Positions 7,675 through 18,113 of a stretch of DNA of 64,000 nt are shown here, in pieces (the stretch's first letter is position 1; each line of letters begins with the position of its first letter). This DNA comes from a virus. Below the pieces are notes generated by a model. It was not told where the DNA came from and searched no databases. It was given only the letters and a program-made list of their open reading frames with translations. The translations under genes were made by a program, and so were the position numbers. The stretch covers positions 1-64,000 of the IMG/VR virus record IMGVR_UViG_3300022833_000005; one strand, written 5' to 3'.

Positions 7675-8064
7675 TTAAAATGCTACTAATTCAGCAGGGT
7701 CAAAAGTAGGTGCTTGATAAGCTACTGCTTTATCGTTAACAGCGAACTCAATTAGTCCACCACCACTTGGCATTGTAACAATGTTAATCATCTCTCCATC
7801 AGGAGTGATGTTTTCACAGATGTTAAACCCTTGTATCATACTAAGGCTAATCTCCTTAGAGCGTAAGCCTTGTGATACCTTCGATGAACAAACTACTTGT
7901 GCGGATGTTCCGTCAAGTTTCTTAAGGATAAGAACAACACGCTTGTCAGTGTTGCTAAAGTTTGTTGGTATTAATGCAATCTTTCCCCCTGTTCCTGTAA
8001 CCTCAGCTACTGTTCCTAATTCAGTTCTCTCTGTCTGTTCGTAAGTAATAAATTCTACTGCCAT
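7675..8064 (-). CDS. First gene of the leftward (putative early) arm, unknown function
   Basis: 129 aa ORF with its own terminator. Confidence 0.75.
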   Translation of the reverse strand: MAVEFITYEQTERTELGTVAEVTGTGGKIALIPTNFSNTDKRVVLILKKLDGTSAQVVCSSKVSQGLRSKEISLSMIQGFNICENITPDGEMINIVTMPSGGGLIEFAVNDKAVAYQAPTFDPAELVAF

Positions 8065-8340
8065 CTTTTTATGTTTTTAGATGTTGATTGCAAGGTGATG
8101 GGAGTATCCCCCACTCTGCAATTTATGCGTGGGGTCTTGAATGGGAGGGGACTCACCAAGTACGCATATGATGATGAAAATATTTTTGAAAAAAAAGTTT
8201 TTAAAAATTGTGATAAATATTAAAAAATTTAATTTACCTTTGGCGGGTGGGTGGGTTAATTAATAATAGATTATACACATGCAGTGACTAGTAAATCATT
8301 AATGTTATTACATAATATAGCATTGGATAATGAAAGGTGA

Positions 8341-8371
8341 TTAGGTTATGTTGTTTTTTGTTGTATATTTG
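8341..8371 (+). promoter_or_regulatory. Bacteroidota sigma70-type promoter for the rightward arm
   Basis: TTAGG...TATATTTG (8364-8371), 22 nt upstream of ATG 8394. Confidence 0.6.
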
Positions 8372-8393
8372 CTAAGTATAATATAACTAAATC

Positions 8394-8852
8394 ATGGAAA
8401 ATAGAAAAATAGTTGTTCAAACTCTACAGAAGGTATTAGATGATGAGTATGCAATTGCTGAGAAATATTATTCTATCCTATCAGTAATCAATAATCTTGG
8501 TCTTACTAAAAGAGAAGTTGAATTAGTAGCTTACACTGCAGTGAATGGAACAATATCTTATGCTAACAGAAGAGCTGAGTTTTGTGAGAAGTACAAAACA
8601 ACATCAGCTACAATTAGTAACTTGATATGTAGTCTTAAGAAAATTGGATTGTTTATAAAAAAATCAGGTAAGATAAAGGTGAATCCTATAATTGTCTTAG
8701 ATTTCAAAAAAAATTTAAACTTAGTTATAAAGATAGTGCACAATGATGAAAGTGAAGAAATTGACATTGAAGGATCAGTTATTGAGGAAAATGTCAACAA
8801 AACTAGTGATATCAGAGAAGGTATTGAGTCAAGTGATAACACATCAGTTTGA
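8394..8852 (+). CDS. RepL-like winged-helix DNA-binding protein
   Basis: LTKREVELV...ISNLICSLKKIGL...IKVNP; position upstream of the terminase as in crAss-like phages. Confidence 0.55.
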   Translation: MENRKIVVQTLQKVLDDEYAIAEKYYSILSVINNLGLTKREVELVAYTAVNGTISYANRRAEFCEKYKTTSATISNLICSLKKIGLFIKKSGKIKVNPIIVLDFKKNLNLVIKIVHNDESEEIDIEGSVIEENVNKTSDIREGIESSDNTSV

Positions 8853-9096
8853 TAGTGCACACGAAGCATTAAAGACTAACAATAGTGTAGAGATCTCTGG
8901 ATTTGGTAAATTCTTGTTTAACCAGAAGAAAGCAAAAACTAAGATACGAAAGCTAACTGACATACAGATAAGCTACAATGCAATGTTAGAGAAAGATGAA
9001 ATCACTAGTAATAAAGCAGATTTTATAAAAAGTAAAATTAGTGCAAATAGCTTAACATTAAATTCACTAAAACCAAAAATAGATGAAGATAAGTGA
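8743..9096 (+). CDS. HU/IHF-like DNA-binding protein
   Basis: SVEISGFGKF signature; basic. Confidence 0.7.
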   Translation: MMKVKKLTLKDQLLRKMSTKLVISEKVLSQVITHQFDSAHEALKTNNSVEISGFGKFLFNQKKAKTKIRKLTDIQISYNAMLEKDEITSNKADFIKSKISANSLTLNSLKPKIDEDK

Positions 9097-9379
9097 AGTG
9101 TATGAAGGGTGGAGAAATAACCTATTTCCTCCTGAGAAGTTAAAAGATAAGATTATAGAAGTTAGTAACGAAAGACTAGCTATATGTAAATCATGTAAGA
9201 ATCACTCAATGTATCATAGTACAGTTAGAAAAGATGATCATTGTATTGCTTGCGGATGTACACTATCAGCAAAAACAAAATGTTTATCATGTTCCTGCCC
9301 TATTAACAGTTGGTCAAAAGTGCTATCTGAAGAGCAAGAAAACAAATATAAAGAATATGAAAACCCCAAGACTAAGTAA
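9083..9379 (+). CDS. Cys-rich Zn-binding protein (DUF6171-like)
   Basis: RLAICKSC...CIACGC...KT...SCPINSW. Confidence 0.7.
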   Translation: MKISEVYEGWRNNLFPPEKLKDKIIEVSNERLAICKSCKNHSMYHSTVRKDDHCIACGCTLSAKTKCLSCSCPINSWSKVLSEEQENKYKEYENPKTK

Positions 9380-9641
9380 AGTGTCAATTTCATCTTTAAT
9401 GGAAATACTTAAAGCTTTATATGAAGAAGGTGCGGATTACATAGATATTGAAGGAGATTATTGTTATAAGAAAAAGAACGATGTTATAAAAATTACAGTG
9501 AAGCCTGAATATTATATAGATGAAGAAGAGGAAGAGGAAGAAGAATTCGATGAATATTTAATAACTGAAGAAGATTTTCAAACAAGTAACAAAGAAACCA
9601 ATAAACTTTTGTCTGATGAAGACATAAATGATCTAATTTAA
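9357..9641 (+). CDS. Acidic hypothetical protein
   Basis: Likely start MKTPRLSK at 9357; poly-Glu tract. Confidence 0.65.
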   Translation: MKTPRLSKVSISSLMEILKALYEEGADYIDIEGDYCYKKKNDVIKITVKPEYYIDEEEEEEEEFDEYLITEEDFQTSNKETNKLLSDEDINDLI

Positions 9642-9642
9642 A

Positions 9643-9927
9643 ATGGGTAATAATTACTATTGTAAGATACAAAAACTCTTAGGAGATTTAAAAAAATCTT
9701 ATCCTCAATATAATATGGGTAAGCATTTAGCTACTTGCTTAGATGAAATTGATATAAGACACCTTTGGGGAATCGATGATAAGTTATTATATGCTAAACT
9801 TAAAGATTATAAAGTGCAATTAGAGTTAGATGTACCACATGATGAATCTGAAATAGATGATATATTAAAAGATGGTATGAAACTAACTAACATATTTGAT
9901 AATGATATTGAAGGATTCGGATACTAA
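9643..9927 (+). CDS. Hypothetical protein
   Basis: 94 aa ORF in operon. Confidence 0.7.
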   Translation: MGNNYYCKIQKLLGDLKKSYPQYNMGKHLATCLDEIDIRHLWGIDDKLLYAKLKDYKVQLELDVPHDESEIDDILKDGMKLTNIFDNDIEGFGY

Positions 9928-9980
9928 TGAATTAACATTTATCTACTGGGAAGATAGTTGGAACACTGAAAAACTACAAA

Positions 9981-10316
9981 ATGGCAACACTAAAAAAAAC
10001 TACATACGTCACTGCTGAACTTGATTGGGCAGAAGAGCAATTAACTCACTGGAGAGCATATATTGATGCAAATGCTCTTCCTAATTTAACAGATAGGATA
10101 GAATATAAACAAACTGCTAATGGTGGATCAATACCAATGGTGGTTGCTAGTATTGAAGCTCAAGGTAAATTTGTTCAAGAAACAATGAAAAATTATTTAG
10201 CTCTTTTAGAACAAGTAGATAAACTACGTGAAAAAGAAGAGAAAAAGACAGTGGAAACTAGAGGTGGTGCTAAGTTAGGTAGCATGGCAGAAGATTTTAT
10301 TAAGGGAAGAAACTAA
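9981..10316 (+). CDS. Probable terminase small subunit or terminase-associated protein
   Basis: Helical 111 aa ORF coupled (TAATG) to terL; C-terminal TRGG. Confidence 0.45.
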   Translation: MATLKKTTYVTAELDWAEEQLTHWRAYIDANALPNLTDRIEYKQTANGGSIPMVVASIEAQGKFVQETMKNYLALLEQVDKLREKEEKKTVETRGGAKLGSMAEDFIKGRN

Positions 10317-12337
10317 TGAAATTACATAATGTAGACTATAGCGATTGGCTCATCAATCAAAAAAGAATTCCAGATGAAGATTCAGAACAATATAAAGAGT
10401 TCTATAATTTTCACAAAGAACTCTGTATGGATGGGTGCATGATGAATGGAGTTTACATAAACCCTTTTCTATATTGGCACTTAAATGTGTGGAATACAGA
10501 AGTAGATACAATTGATGAATACGGTAGAATCAACCAGAAGTATGCAAACCCTTTATTAAGAGATAATGAATGGCTTGTAACTAATGAGATTGATAGAGCA
10601 CAGAAAGAAAAAAAAGGATTAGTAATTCTTGGAATCAGACGTTTTGCTAAATCCGTAATAGAAGCAAGTTATATTGCTCAAGGTGCTACATTTGATGAGA
10701 ATTCACAAAATGTTATTGCAGGATTAAATGCTCCCGATATTAAACTTATTACAGATAAGATTGATAAAGGGTTAAACTTTGTTCCTAAAGCTTGGAAATG
10801 GCAAAGAGTTGAAGATAACTGGGCAAAGCAAGTTACGTTAGGAGTTAAAACTAAAAGTGGAGAAAGAATTCCTTTTAGTCAAATACTTATTAGAAACTTA
10901 GATGGAGGTGCTAATGAAGAAGTAATTGCAGGAACTAAACCTCGTAGATTAATTATTGATGAGATTGGTAAAGGAAGTTTTTTAAGAGGGTTACAAGCAG
11001 CTATTCCAGGATTCACTACACCATTTGGTTGGGGTTGTAGTCCTATACTAACAGGAACAGGGGGAGATATGAAAATGTTTCATGATGCTAAATCTTTAAT
11101 GTTTGATGTAGAAAACTTTAATTTTCTAACATACAATAATGCAAAAGATAATCAACGTATTCATGGTTTATTTATTTCTAATAAATATAGAATGGAAGCT
11201 AAAGAAGAATCATCTCTTGGTGCTTTTTTAGATCAACCTAAATGTTCTGATTTACATAATGTTTCAATGATGGTTTCTAATCAGGAATTAGCTGATAAGG
11301 TAACTACTGATAATTTAGAAAGATTAAAAAAAGCTGGTGATAGACTAGCATATCTAAAAGAAAAAATGTATTACCCTCAAGAGGTAGATGATATATTTTT
11401 AAATGAAGATACAAATATCTTTGATATAGAAGGAGCAAAACGTCAAAAAAATAGATTACTTGAAAGAGAAAGAACAGGTACACCTGTTATATTATATGAT
11501 GATGGTGATGGTGTAAAGCATGAGTTCACAGACAAAATGCCAATAAGTAATTTCCCTCTTAAAAATTCAGATCTAAAAGATGCTCCTATAGTTATTTATG
11601 AATTCCCTGTAGAAAACCCACCATATGGTTTATATGTTGCAGGAGTTGACCCTTATAGACAAGGTAAATCAGCATATAGTTCTTCATTAGGATCTATATA
11701 CATATATAAAAGAATGCATGCTATATCTGGTGAAAAATATCAAGATATGTTTGTTGCAAGCTATTGTGCTCGTCCTGATAAGAAAGAAACTTGGGATGAA
11801 CAAACTCGTTATTTAATTAAATACTATAACGCTAGAACATTATGTGAAAATGATGAGATATCGTTTATAGATTATATGATTAGTAAAGGGGATGATAGGT
11901 ATTTAGAAAAACAACCTAACTGGTTAAAAGAAATAGTACCAAATACTACAGTGAGGCGTGACTATGGAATACATAGATCTTCAGAAAAGATTAGAACTTT
12001 TTTACATGGATGTTTAAAAAAATATTCAGAAGAAATTATTATTAGTGAAACTAATGAAGATGGTGAAGAAGTCAAACAAACTAAAGGTATGGTAAAAATA
12101 CTAGACCCTTTATTATTAGAAGAAATGATACAATACAATGAAACAGGTAACTTTGACCGTATCATTGCAGCAGAGTTAGCAATTGCGTTAGCTATGAAAC
12201 TGGATCCAATAATGGGTAGAGTTGGAGACAAGCAAGATGTTAGATTAACAGCTATGCAAAACAAAAATAAAAAAAATACACTATTCACACAATCCCGTGG
12301 AATGTTTGATAGAAAAAAAAATAAACTTTTTTCATAA
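10316..12337 (+). CDS. terL: Terminase large subunit
   Basis: RRFAKS Walker-A-like, LIIDEIG Walker B, GTGG, AGVDPY and NFDRI RNase H-like motifs. Confidence 0.92.
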   Translation: MKLHNVDYSDWLINQKRIPDEDSEQYKEFYNFHKELCMDGCMMNGVYINPFLYWHLNVWNTEVDTIDEYGRINQKYANPLLRDNEWLVTNEIDRAQKEKKGLVILGIRRFAKSVIEASYIAQGATFDENSQNVIAGLNAPDIKLITDKIDKGLNFVPKAWKWQRVEDNWAKQVTLGVKTKSGERIPFSQILIRNLDGGANEEVIAGTKPRRLIIDEIGKGSFLRGLQAAIPGFTTPFGWGCSPILTGTGGDMKMFHDAKSLMFDVENFNFLTYNNAKDNQRIHGLFISNKYRMEAKEESSLGAFLDQPKCSDLHNVSMMVSNQELADKVTTDNLERLKKAGDRLAYLKEKMYYPQEVDDIFLNEDTNIFDIEGAKRQKNRLLERERTGTPVILYDDGDGVKHEFTDKMPISNFPLKNSDLKDAPIVIYEFPVENPPYGLYVAGVDPYRQGKSAYSSSLGSIYIYKRMHAISGEKYQDMFVASYCARPDKKETWDEQTRYLIKYYNARTLCENDEISFIDYMISKGDDRYLEKQPNWLKEIVPNTTVRRDYGIHRSSEKIRTFLHGCLKKYSEEIIISETNEDGEEVKQTKGMVKILDPLLLEEMIQYNETGNFDRIIAAELAIALAMKLDPIMGRVGDKQDVRLTAMQNKNKKNTLFTQSRGMFDRKKNKLFS

Positions 12338-14922
12338 TGGCAATTATTAGATACACAAAAGAAGACAACGTTGAAAACGCTTACCTAAATATATTTCCTG
12401 ATCAGTTTAAAACTATTAAACAAAAGGAAGATGATGGTTGGATTAAGAATACAATGGATTACTTTGCAAATAAAGCATATGCTGAGTATATAAAAAACAG
12501 GGATACGTTTGTAAAAAACTATGACTTGATGAAAGGTATATTAAGGAGAGAAGACTTCTTAATAGATGAACCAGATGTTAAGAGTTTTACAGACATGCTT
12601 ACATCAGATTTATCATTACCTTCTTATGTTAAGATGTATTCTATTATAACAACTCCTGTAAATGAATTAGTTGGTGAGATATCTAAAAGACCTGATGCAT
12701 TTAGAGTTAAAGCATTTGATGATGATAGTCAAGCTCAAGAATTACAATTTAAAACAGATACATTACAAGCTTATGTAATTAGTCAAGTGAAGCAACAAAT
12801 AATGACAAAAGCTGCTATGTCTGGAGAAGAAATTTCTATAGAAGACTTAGATCAACTTACAATGGATAAAGTAAAAGATGAACTTGATTCATATACATCT
12901 GTTGCTGAAAAGTGGGCCAATCATGTATTAACCTGTCAAAAAGCGGACTTCAATTTAAAAGAAAAAAGTGAGGATGCTTTTAGAGATTTACTTATAACTG
13001 CTAGAGAATTCTATCATATATATGAAGACAACTCTAAATTAGGATTTAATGTTGAAGTGGCTAACCCAAAAAATACTTGGTTCCTTACAACACCAGATAG
13101 AAAATATATTTCTGATCCATCAGGAAGAGCTCAGGGAGCCTATGCTGCTGGTACTGTGGAGGTTATGGAACTATCTCAAATTATAGAAGTTTTTCCAGAT
13201 CTTACAAAAGAAGAGATTGATCATTTAAGAACATCAACTCAAGATTTTGGATTACTTAATGTTCGTGAGTCAAACTTAGGAAATCCTAATGCTGCAGAAG
13301 GTATTGATTCAATTAACTATGATACTTATGATCCTTTAGTTTTACAGGAGCGTATGATTATAGAAGGTGAAATGAAAGAAAATAATGATGGACTTAAAGA
13401 CTTTTTAGGACTTAATAATAATGTTTCGTCATTTGGATATAAATATGTTGTTGTAAGAAGTTACTGGATATCTAAGAAAAAAATAGGTAAGTTAATATAC
13501 ATAGATGAATTAGGTAATGAACAATCTACATTAGTAGATGAAAAATATAAATCAGGAGATATGCCTTCACAGCAATCTCTTGAATGGGGATGGATTAATC
13601 AATGGTATCAAGGAACTAAAATTGGACCAGATATCTATCATGTTAAACCTTATAAGCTTTTAAACTATTGTCCAATTATAGGTACTACTTATGAAGTAAA
13701 AAATACAGAAGCTAAATCTCTTGTAGATTTAATGAAACCTTTTCAAGTTATATATAATGTTTGTATGAACCAATTATATAAACTTCTTGAGAAAGAAGTA
13801 GGTAAAGTACAATTAATGTCTTTAAGACATGTACCTATTCCTAAAGATGGGGATGCATCAGACGCTTTAGATATATGGGAAATGGAAGCTCGTGAAAGAG
13901 GTGTAGTATTTATTGATGATAGTCCTGAAAATTTAAAAGGACCTAGTTCATTTAATCAATTTACATCTTTAGATCTTACAAGAACTCAAGAGATACAATC
14001 ACGTTATACATTAGCTCAACAAATGAAAGCTGAATGTTGGGAATTGATTGGTATGTCAAAACAACGTATGGGGTCTGTAACTGCATCAGAAACAGCTACA
14101 GCAACAAATACTGCCATGCAACAAAGTTATACTCAGACAGAGCCTCTTTTTGTTGCTCATGAGTATGTGATGGGTCAGTTATACCAATCTATAATTGATG
14201 CAGCTTTATATATAGAAAGTTCAAAACCACTATCTACACTATCTTACATAACAAGTGAAGGCGAATCTGCATTTGTACAAGTGAATGGATCAGATTTAAA
14301 ATTCCGTGATTTAAAAGTATTCTTAACTAATAGACCAGAAGACACACAAATGTTTAATGAACTTAGAGGATTATCTCAAGCTCTTATTCAAAATGGTGGC
14401 TCACTTTATGATATAATAGAATTGTATAGTACTAAGTCAATGAGAGAGATGAAGAAAACTTTCAAAGATTTAAGAGACCAACAACTTAAACAACAAGAAC
14501 AACAAGTACAACTTCAACAGCAACAACAAGAGCAAGCTGGTAAAATAGCACAAGCTCAAATGCAAGAAACTGCAAGAATAACTGCTGAAGGATTAGCTAA
14601 TGAAAATTATCAAAATGAATTAGATCGTGTTAATAAAATAGAGATTGCAATGATAAACGCAGCATCTAAAGAAGGTACATCAGATGTTGATTTAGATGGA
14701 TCAGGTTCACCAGATATATTAGAATTAGAAAACATAGCTATGCAGCAATCAAAAGCTCAAAAAGATTACAATAGTAAAATGTCTGATATAAACTCTAAAA
14801 ATAGTATAGCTCAACAAAAGCTACAAGTTGAAAGAGAAAAAATAAAATTAGCTAGAGATAATCAAGCAAATGACTTAGCTGTTGCAAAAGAGAATGCAAA
14901 AGGTAGAAATAATAAAAACTAA
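12337..14922 (+). CDS. Portal protein
   Basis: 861 aa, follows terL; SLVDLMKPFQ..YN and IGMSKQRMG; Gln-rich C-terminal coiled coil. Confidence 0.88.
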   Translation: MAIIRYTKEDNVENAYLNIFPDQFKTIKQKEDDGWIKNTMDYFANKAYAEYIKNRDTFVKNYDLMKGILRREDFLIDEPDVKSFTDMLTSDLSLPSYVKMYSIITTPVNELVGEISKRPDAFRVKAFDDDSQAQELQFKTDTLQAYVISQVKQQIMTKAAMSGEEISIEDLDQLTMDKVKDELDSYTSVAEKWANHVLTCQKADFNLKEKSEDAFRDLLITAREFYHIYEDNSKLGFNVEVANPKNTWFLTTPDRKYISDPSGRAQGAYAAGTVEVMELSQIIEVFPDLTKEEIDHLRTSTQDFGLLNVRESNLGNPNAAEGIDSINYDTYDPLVLQERMIIEGEMKENNDGLKDFLGLNNNVSSFGYKYVVVRSYWISKKKIGKLIYIDELGNEQSTLVDEKYKSGDMPSQQSLEWGWINQWYQGTKIGPDIYHVKPYKLLNYCPIIGTTYEVKNTEAKSLVDLMKPFQVIYNVCMNQLYKLLEKEVGKVQLMSLRHVPIPKDGDASDALDIWEMEARERGVVFIDDSPENLKGPSSFNQFTSLDLTRTQEIQSRYTLAQQMKAECWELIGMSKQRMGSVTASETATATNTAMQQSYTQTEPLFVAHEYVMGQLYQSIIDAALYIESSKPLSTLSYITSEGESAFVQVNGSDLKFRDLKVFLTNRPEDTQMFNELRGLSQALIQNGGSLYDIIELYSTKSMREMKKTFKDLRDQQLKQQEQQVQLQQQQQEQAGKIAQAQMQETARITAEGLANENYQNELDRVNKIEIAMINAASKEGTSDVDLDGSGSPDILELENIAMQQSKAQKDYNSKMSDINSKNSIAQQKLQVEREKIKLARDNQANDLAVAKENAKGRNNKN

Positions 14923-14949
14923 TTAATTAAATTAGGAGGGAATTATATA

Positions 14950-15027
14950 TTAATGCTATATTATCAAAAATAGTTGGTAAAACTAACAAATAAAGCTTTG
15001 ATATTAAATAGTGTTGGTTTATTTTTA
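14950..15027 (+). promoter_or_regulatory. Promoter with upstream TTAATGCTATATTAT box
   Basis: TTTG (14997-15000), TATTTTTA (15020-15027); box shared with 62605-62619. Confidence 0.5.
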
Positions 15028-15065
15028 CATTGTAAAACCAATTACGCAATTAAATATAACTACAT

Positions 15066-16325
15066 ATGTCTGATAATTTAGATACAAATAATACTTTCGG
15101 TATAACAGGAACTATGGATATGGGAGCAGGAAATCAAACTTTATTGAATGATTTAATGAGTCCAGAAACTGCATCAGGTGATCCTGATACTATAACACCT
15201 CTTATTAGTGAAGTGGATAAAGCAAAACCAAACAATAGTGATGACCCACTAAGAGGGAAAGATATTACACGTCCTGCAAGTGTTGATGGTAAAACTGATG
15301 AAGAAAAACAAACTGGAGAATCACTAATCGCTGATTTTTTAAGTGATATAGATGAAGAGGAGGAAGAAGAAGAAAGTGTAACTACACCTAAAAAGAAAGT
15401 TGAAAATTTTGAAGAAGAAGAGGAAGGAGAATCTACAGAAAATGTTTCTCAATTCACTGCATTAGCAAATGATCTTTTCAATTTAGGAGTTTTTAATAAA
15501 GAAGATGATGAGGAAGTATCTATAAATACTGCTGAAGAATTCTTAGAAAGATTTACAGCTGAAAAGAAAAAAGGAGCAAATGAATTAGTACAAGATTTCA
15601 TTGGTCAATTTGGAGAAGATTATCAAAATGCTTTTGAATCTATATTTGTAAAAGGAGCAGATCCAAAAGAATACTTTAATGCTTATAATAAAATTGTAAG
15701 TTTTTCTGAAATGAATTTATCTAAAGAGAGTAATCAAATATCAGTAATGAAACAAGCATTATCTGATCAAGGATTTGAACCAGAAGACATAGGTACTGAA
15801 ATTGAAAGATTACAAAGTTACGGAGATTTAGAATCTGTTGCTATAAGACATCATAAAGTATTAGTTAAAAATGAAGCTAAAAAGCTTCAAGGCATAGAGA
15901 AAGAAGCTGAACAAGTTCAACAACAAAAAGCTGCAATCAAAAGCGATTATGTTAATAATGTTCAAACAATTCTATCTGATAAAGTAAAAAATAAAGAGTT
16001 TGATGGTATACCAATTAACTCTAAATTAGCAAACGAACTACAAGACTTCCTATTAGTGGATAAATGGAAAACTCCTGCAGGTGAGAACCTTACGGATTTT
16101 GATCGTGCTATTTTAGATTTGAAAAGACCTGAAAATCATGAACAAAAAGTTAAAATAGGACTTTTACTTAAAATATTAGAAAAAGATCCAACATTATCTA
16201 CAATACAAAGATCAGGTGTTACGAAAAAATCGAATCAACTGTTTGGGGAAGTAGCAAGACAAGTAACTAAAAGTAAAACAATTACTTCACAAAATAAATC
16301 TAAACCCAAGTCATGGTTTTTATAA
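15066..16325 (+). CDS. Acidic scaffolding-like protein
   Basis: Highly acidic, coiled, between portal and major capsid protein. Confidence 0.65.
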   Translation: MSDNLDTNNTFGITGTMDMGAGNQTLLNDLMSPETASGDPDTITPLISEVDKAKPNNSDDPLRGKDITRPASVDGKTDEEKQTGESLIADFLSDIDEEEEEEESVTTPKKKVENFEEEEEGESTENVSQFTALANDLFNLGVFNKEDDEEVSINTAEEFLERFTAEKKKGANELVQDFIGQFGEDYQNAFESIFVKGADPKEYFNAYNKIVSFSEMNLSKESNQISVMKQALSDQGFEPEDIGTEIERLQSYGDLESVAIRHHKVLVKNEAKKLQGIEKEAEQVQQQKAAIKSDYVNNVQTILSDKVKNKEFDGIPINSKLANELQDFLLVDKWKTPAGENLTDFDRAILDLKRPENHEQKVKIGLLLKILEKDPTLSTIQRSGVTKKSNQLFGEVARQVTKSKTITSQNKSKPKSWFL

Positions 16326-16356
16326 TAGTAAATTAATAACAAAAAACAAATAATAA

Positions 16357-17922
16357 ATGGCAATTCAAACTATCCCAGGATTAACTGGTTTTACTTATGC
16401 ACGAGTAGCGTCTATGGACAAACGTGCTGTAGGAAAGCTAACTGATTCAAATCACCTAGAGTCTTTTCACTCTACTGAGCCTGCTGACTATGATAAAAAA
16501 ATCATAAGTCTTTATACTCAATCATCATTGTACAGCAATGATTTCATGGACATGATCAATAAAAGCACACCTTATTACATTGATAATAATAGTGATGCTT
16601 GGAAATGGAAAATCGCAGTTCCTTACAAATTTCCAAAAATTATTGATATAACCTCATCTACACAAGCAATCATTGATGGTAGTGGTAAAGTAGGTATTGA
16701 CGGTCAAGAATTTCAACTTATCTTAGATACGAATGAATTTTCTAAAAATGCAATTATATCTGTAGGAACTCGTCAGTATGGACCACGTTTCTACGTAATC
16801 AAAGATCCACAACCGTGGAATGCTGGTTTCTTATATTCATTTACATTAGTAAGTGATAATCCAGTTATCGATTTTGTAAATACTATCTTCTTAGCACAAG
16901 GTGTTGAGTTAGAATTAGTAGATGCTGCTATTGGAGAATTTGATCAAGACTTATTAGGTCTTCCTCGTTTAGGTGAGGAAATCACTATGTTTGAATCATT
17001 AGGTTCTGCATATGGTTATGAGCACAAAATTACTGAATGGGCTGATGATAAAATGATGAGAGATGCTTCAGGTAAAGCATTAGATATTTTAGTATATGCT
17101 CCACAAGTACGTAACCAATTACCATTAACTCGTAATGATATTAAATGGGAACCGTTTGTAGAATTCTGGATGCGTAAGTCTATGTTAGAATTAAAAGTTA
17201 AACGTATGATCTGGGCTAAACCAGGTACGGTTAAGAGTGGTGGTTCTAAACAAGAAGTAAAAAGAACATCTGCTGGTGTATACCACAGAATGAGAAATAA
17301 CGGAAACTTAGTACAATACAACCGTGGAGAATTTTCAGCTAACTTGATTCGTTCAGTATTTGGAGATTTATTCTACAGAAGAGTGGATGTTAAAGATAGA
17401 AAAGTTAAAATGTATACTAATGAGGCTGGTTTCGATGTATTCCAACAAGCTCTTAAGAATGATGCATTAAACTCAGGACTTACATTCATGGCAGATTCTG
17501 GAAACAGATATATGCAAGGTGAAGGACAGTCAATCACTTACAACTTTGCATTTGATGCGATGGTTACTCGTGAAACTGGACGTGTAGAACTTGTTCACTT
17601 AAAAGAGTTGGATTTACCACAAACTAACTTAGAGTTTGGACAAAACAAAAAGTCTACTCCTGTATTTATGGTATTTGATGTATCACCACAATCTGATGGA
17701 TCTATGATCAACAACATTAGAGAAGTACGTATGAAGGGAGCACCTTCTATGACTTGGGGTTATATTGATGGAACTCGTCATCACTTAGGATTTGCTAAAT
17801 CTCAAGGTATGAGCTCTGCTAACAAATTCCCAGGATATGAATTATGGATGAAAGATCGTTGCGATGTTTTCATTGAAGATTTATCTAGAACTGTATTGAT
17901 CGAAGAGATCCCACAATTCTAA
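16357..17922 (+). CDS. Major capsid protein (crAss-like HK97 fold)
   Basis: 521 aa, strong codon bias, synteny; MYTNEAG...F and LxHxxxxD patterns recalled from crAss MCPs. Confidence 0.88.
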   Translation: MAIQTIPGLTGFTYARVASMDKRAVGKLTDSNHLESFHSTEPADYDKKIISLYTQSSLYSNDFMDMINKSTPYYIDNNSDAWKWKIAVPYKFPKIIDITSSTQAIIDGSGKVGIDGQEFQLILDTNEFSKNAIISVGTRQYGPRFYVIKDPQPWNAGFLYSFTLVSDNPVIDFVNTIFLAQGVELELVDAAIGEFDQDLLGLPRLGEEITMFESLGSAYGYEHKITEWADDKMMRDASGKALDILVYAPQVRNQLPLTRNDIKWEPFVEFWMRKSMLELKVKRMIWAKPGTVKSGGSKQEVKRTSAGVYHRMRNNGNLVQYNRGEFSANLIRSVFGDLFYRRVDVKDRKVKMYTNEAGFDVFQQALKNDALNSGLTFMADSGNRYMQGEGQSITYNFAFDAMVTRETGRVELVHLKELDLPQTNLEFGQNKKSTPVFMVFDVSPQSDGSMINNIREVRMKGAPSMTWGYIDGTRHHLGFAKSQGMSSANKFPGYELWMKDRCDVFIEDLSRTVLIEEIPQF

Positions 17923-18113
17923 TAACAATAATCCGAGAAGAATCCCCTCTAACCACACTATCCCTCCCTCAGAGGGGGTGCCCTTCTCAAAGTGTCCAGT
18001 TAAACATTTGCTTTAATTGTGCACTATAAAAAAATAGAATGCTGGATTAAGTTTCTACCTATTCAATTAGAGCATTCTACTATAAATAAACCAAATATTA
18101 ATTAAACTACATT

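Noticed and set aside
6600-8390. tRNA genes
   Set aside because: No cloverleaf with a GTTCRA T-loop recognised by eye; tRNAscan-SE would settle this
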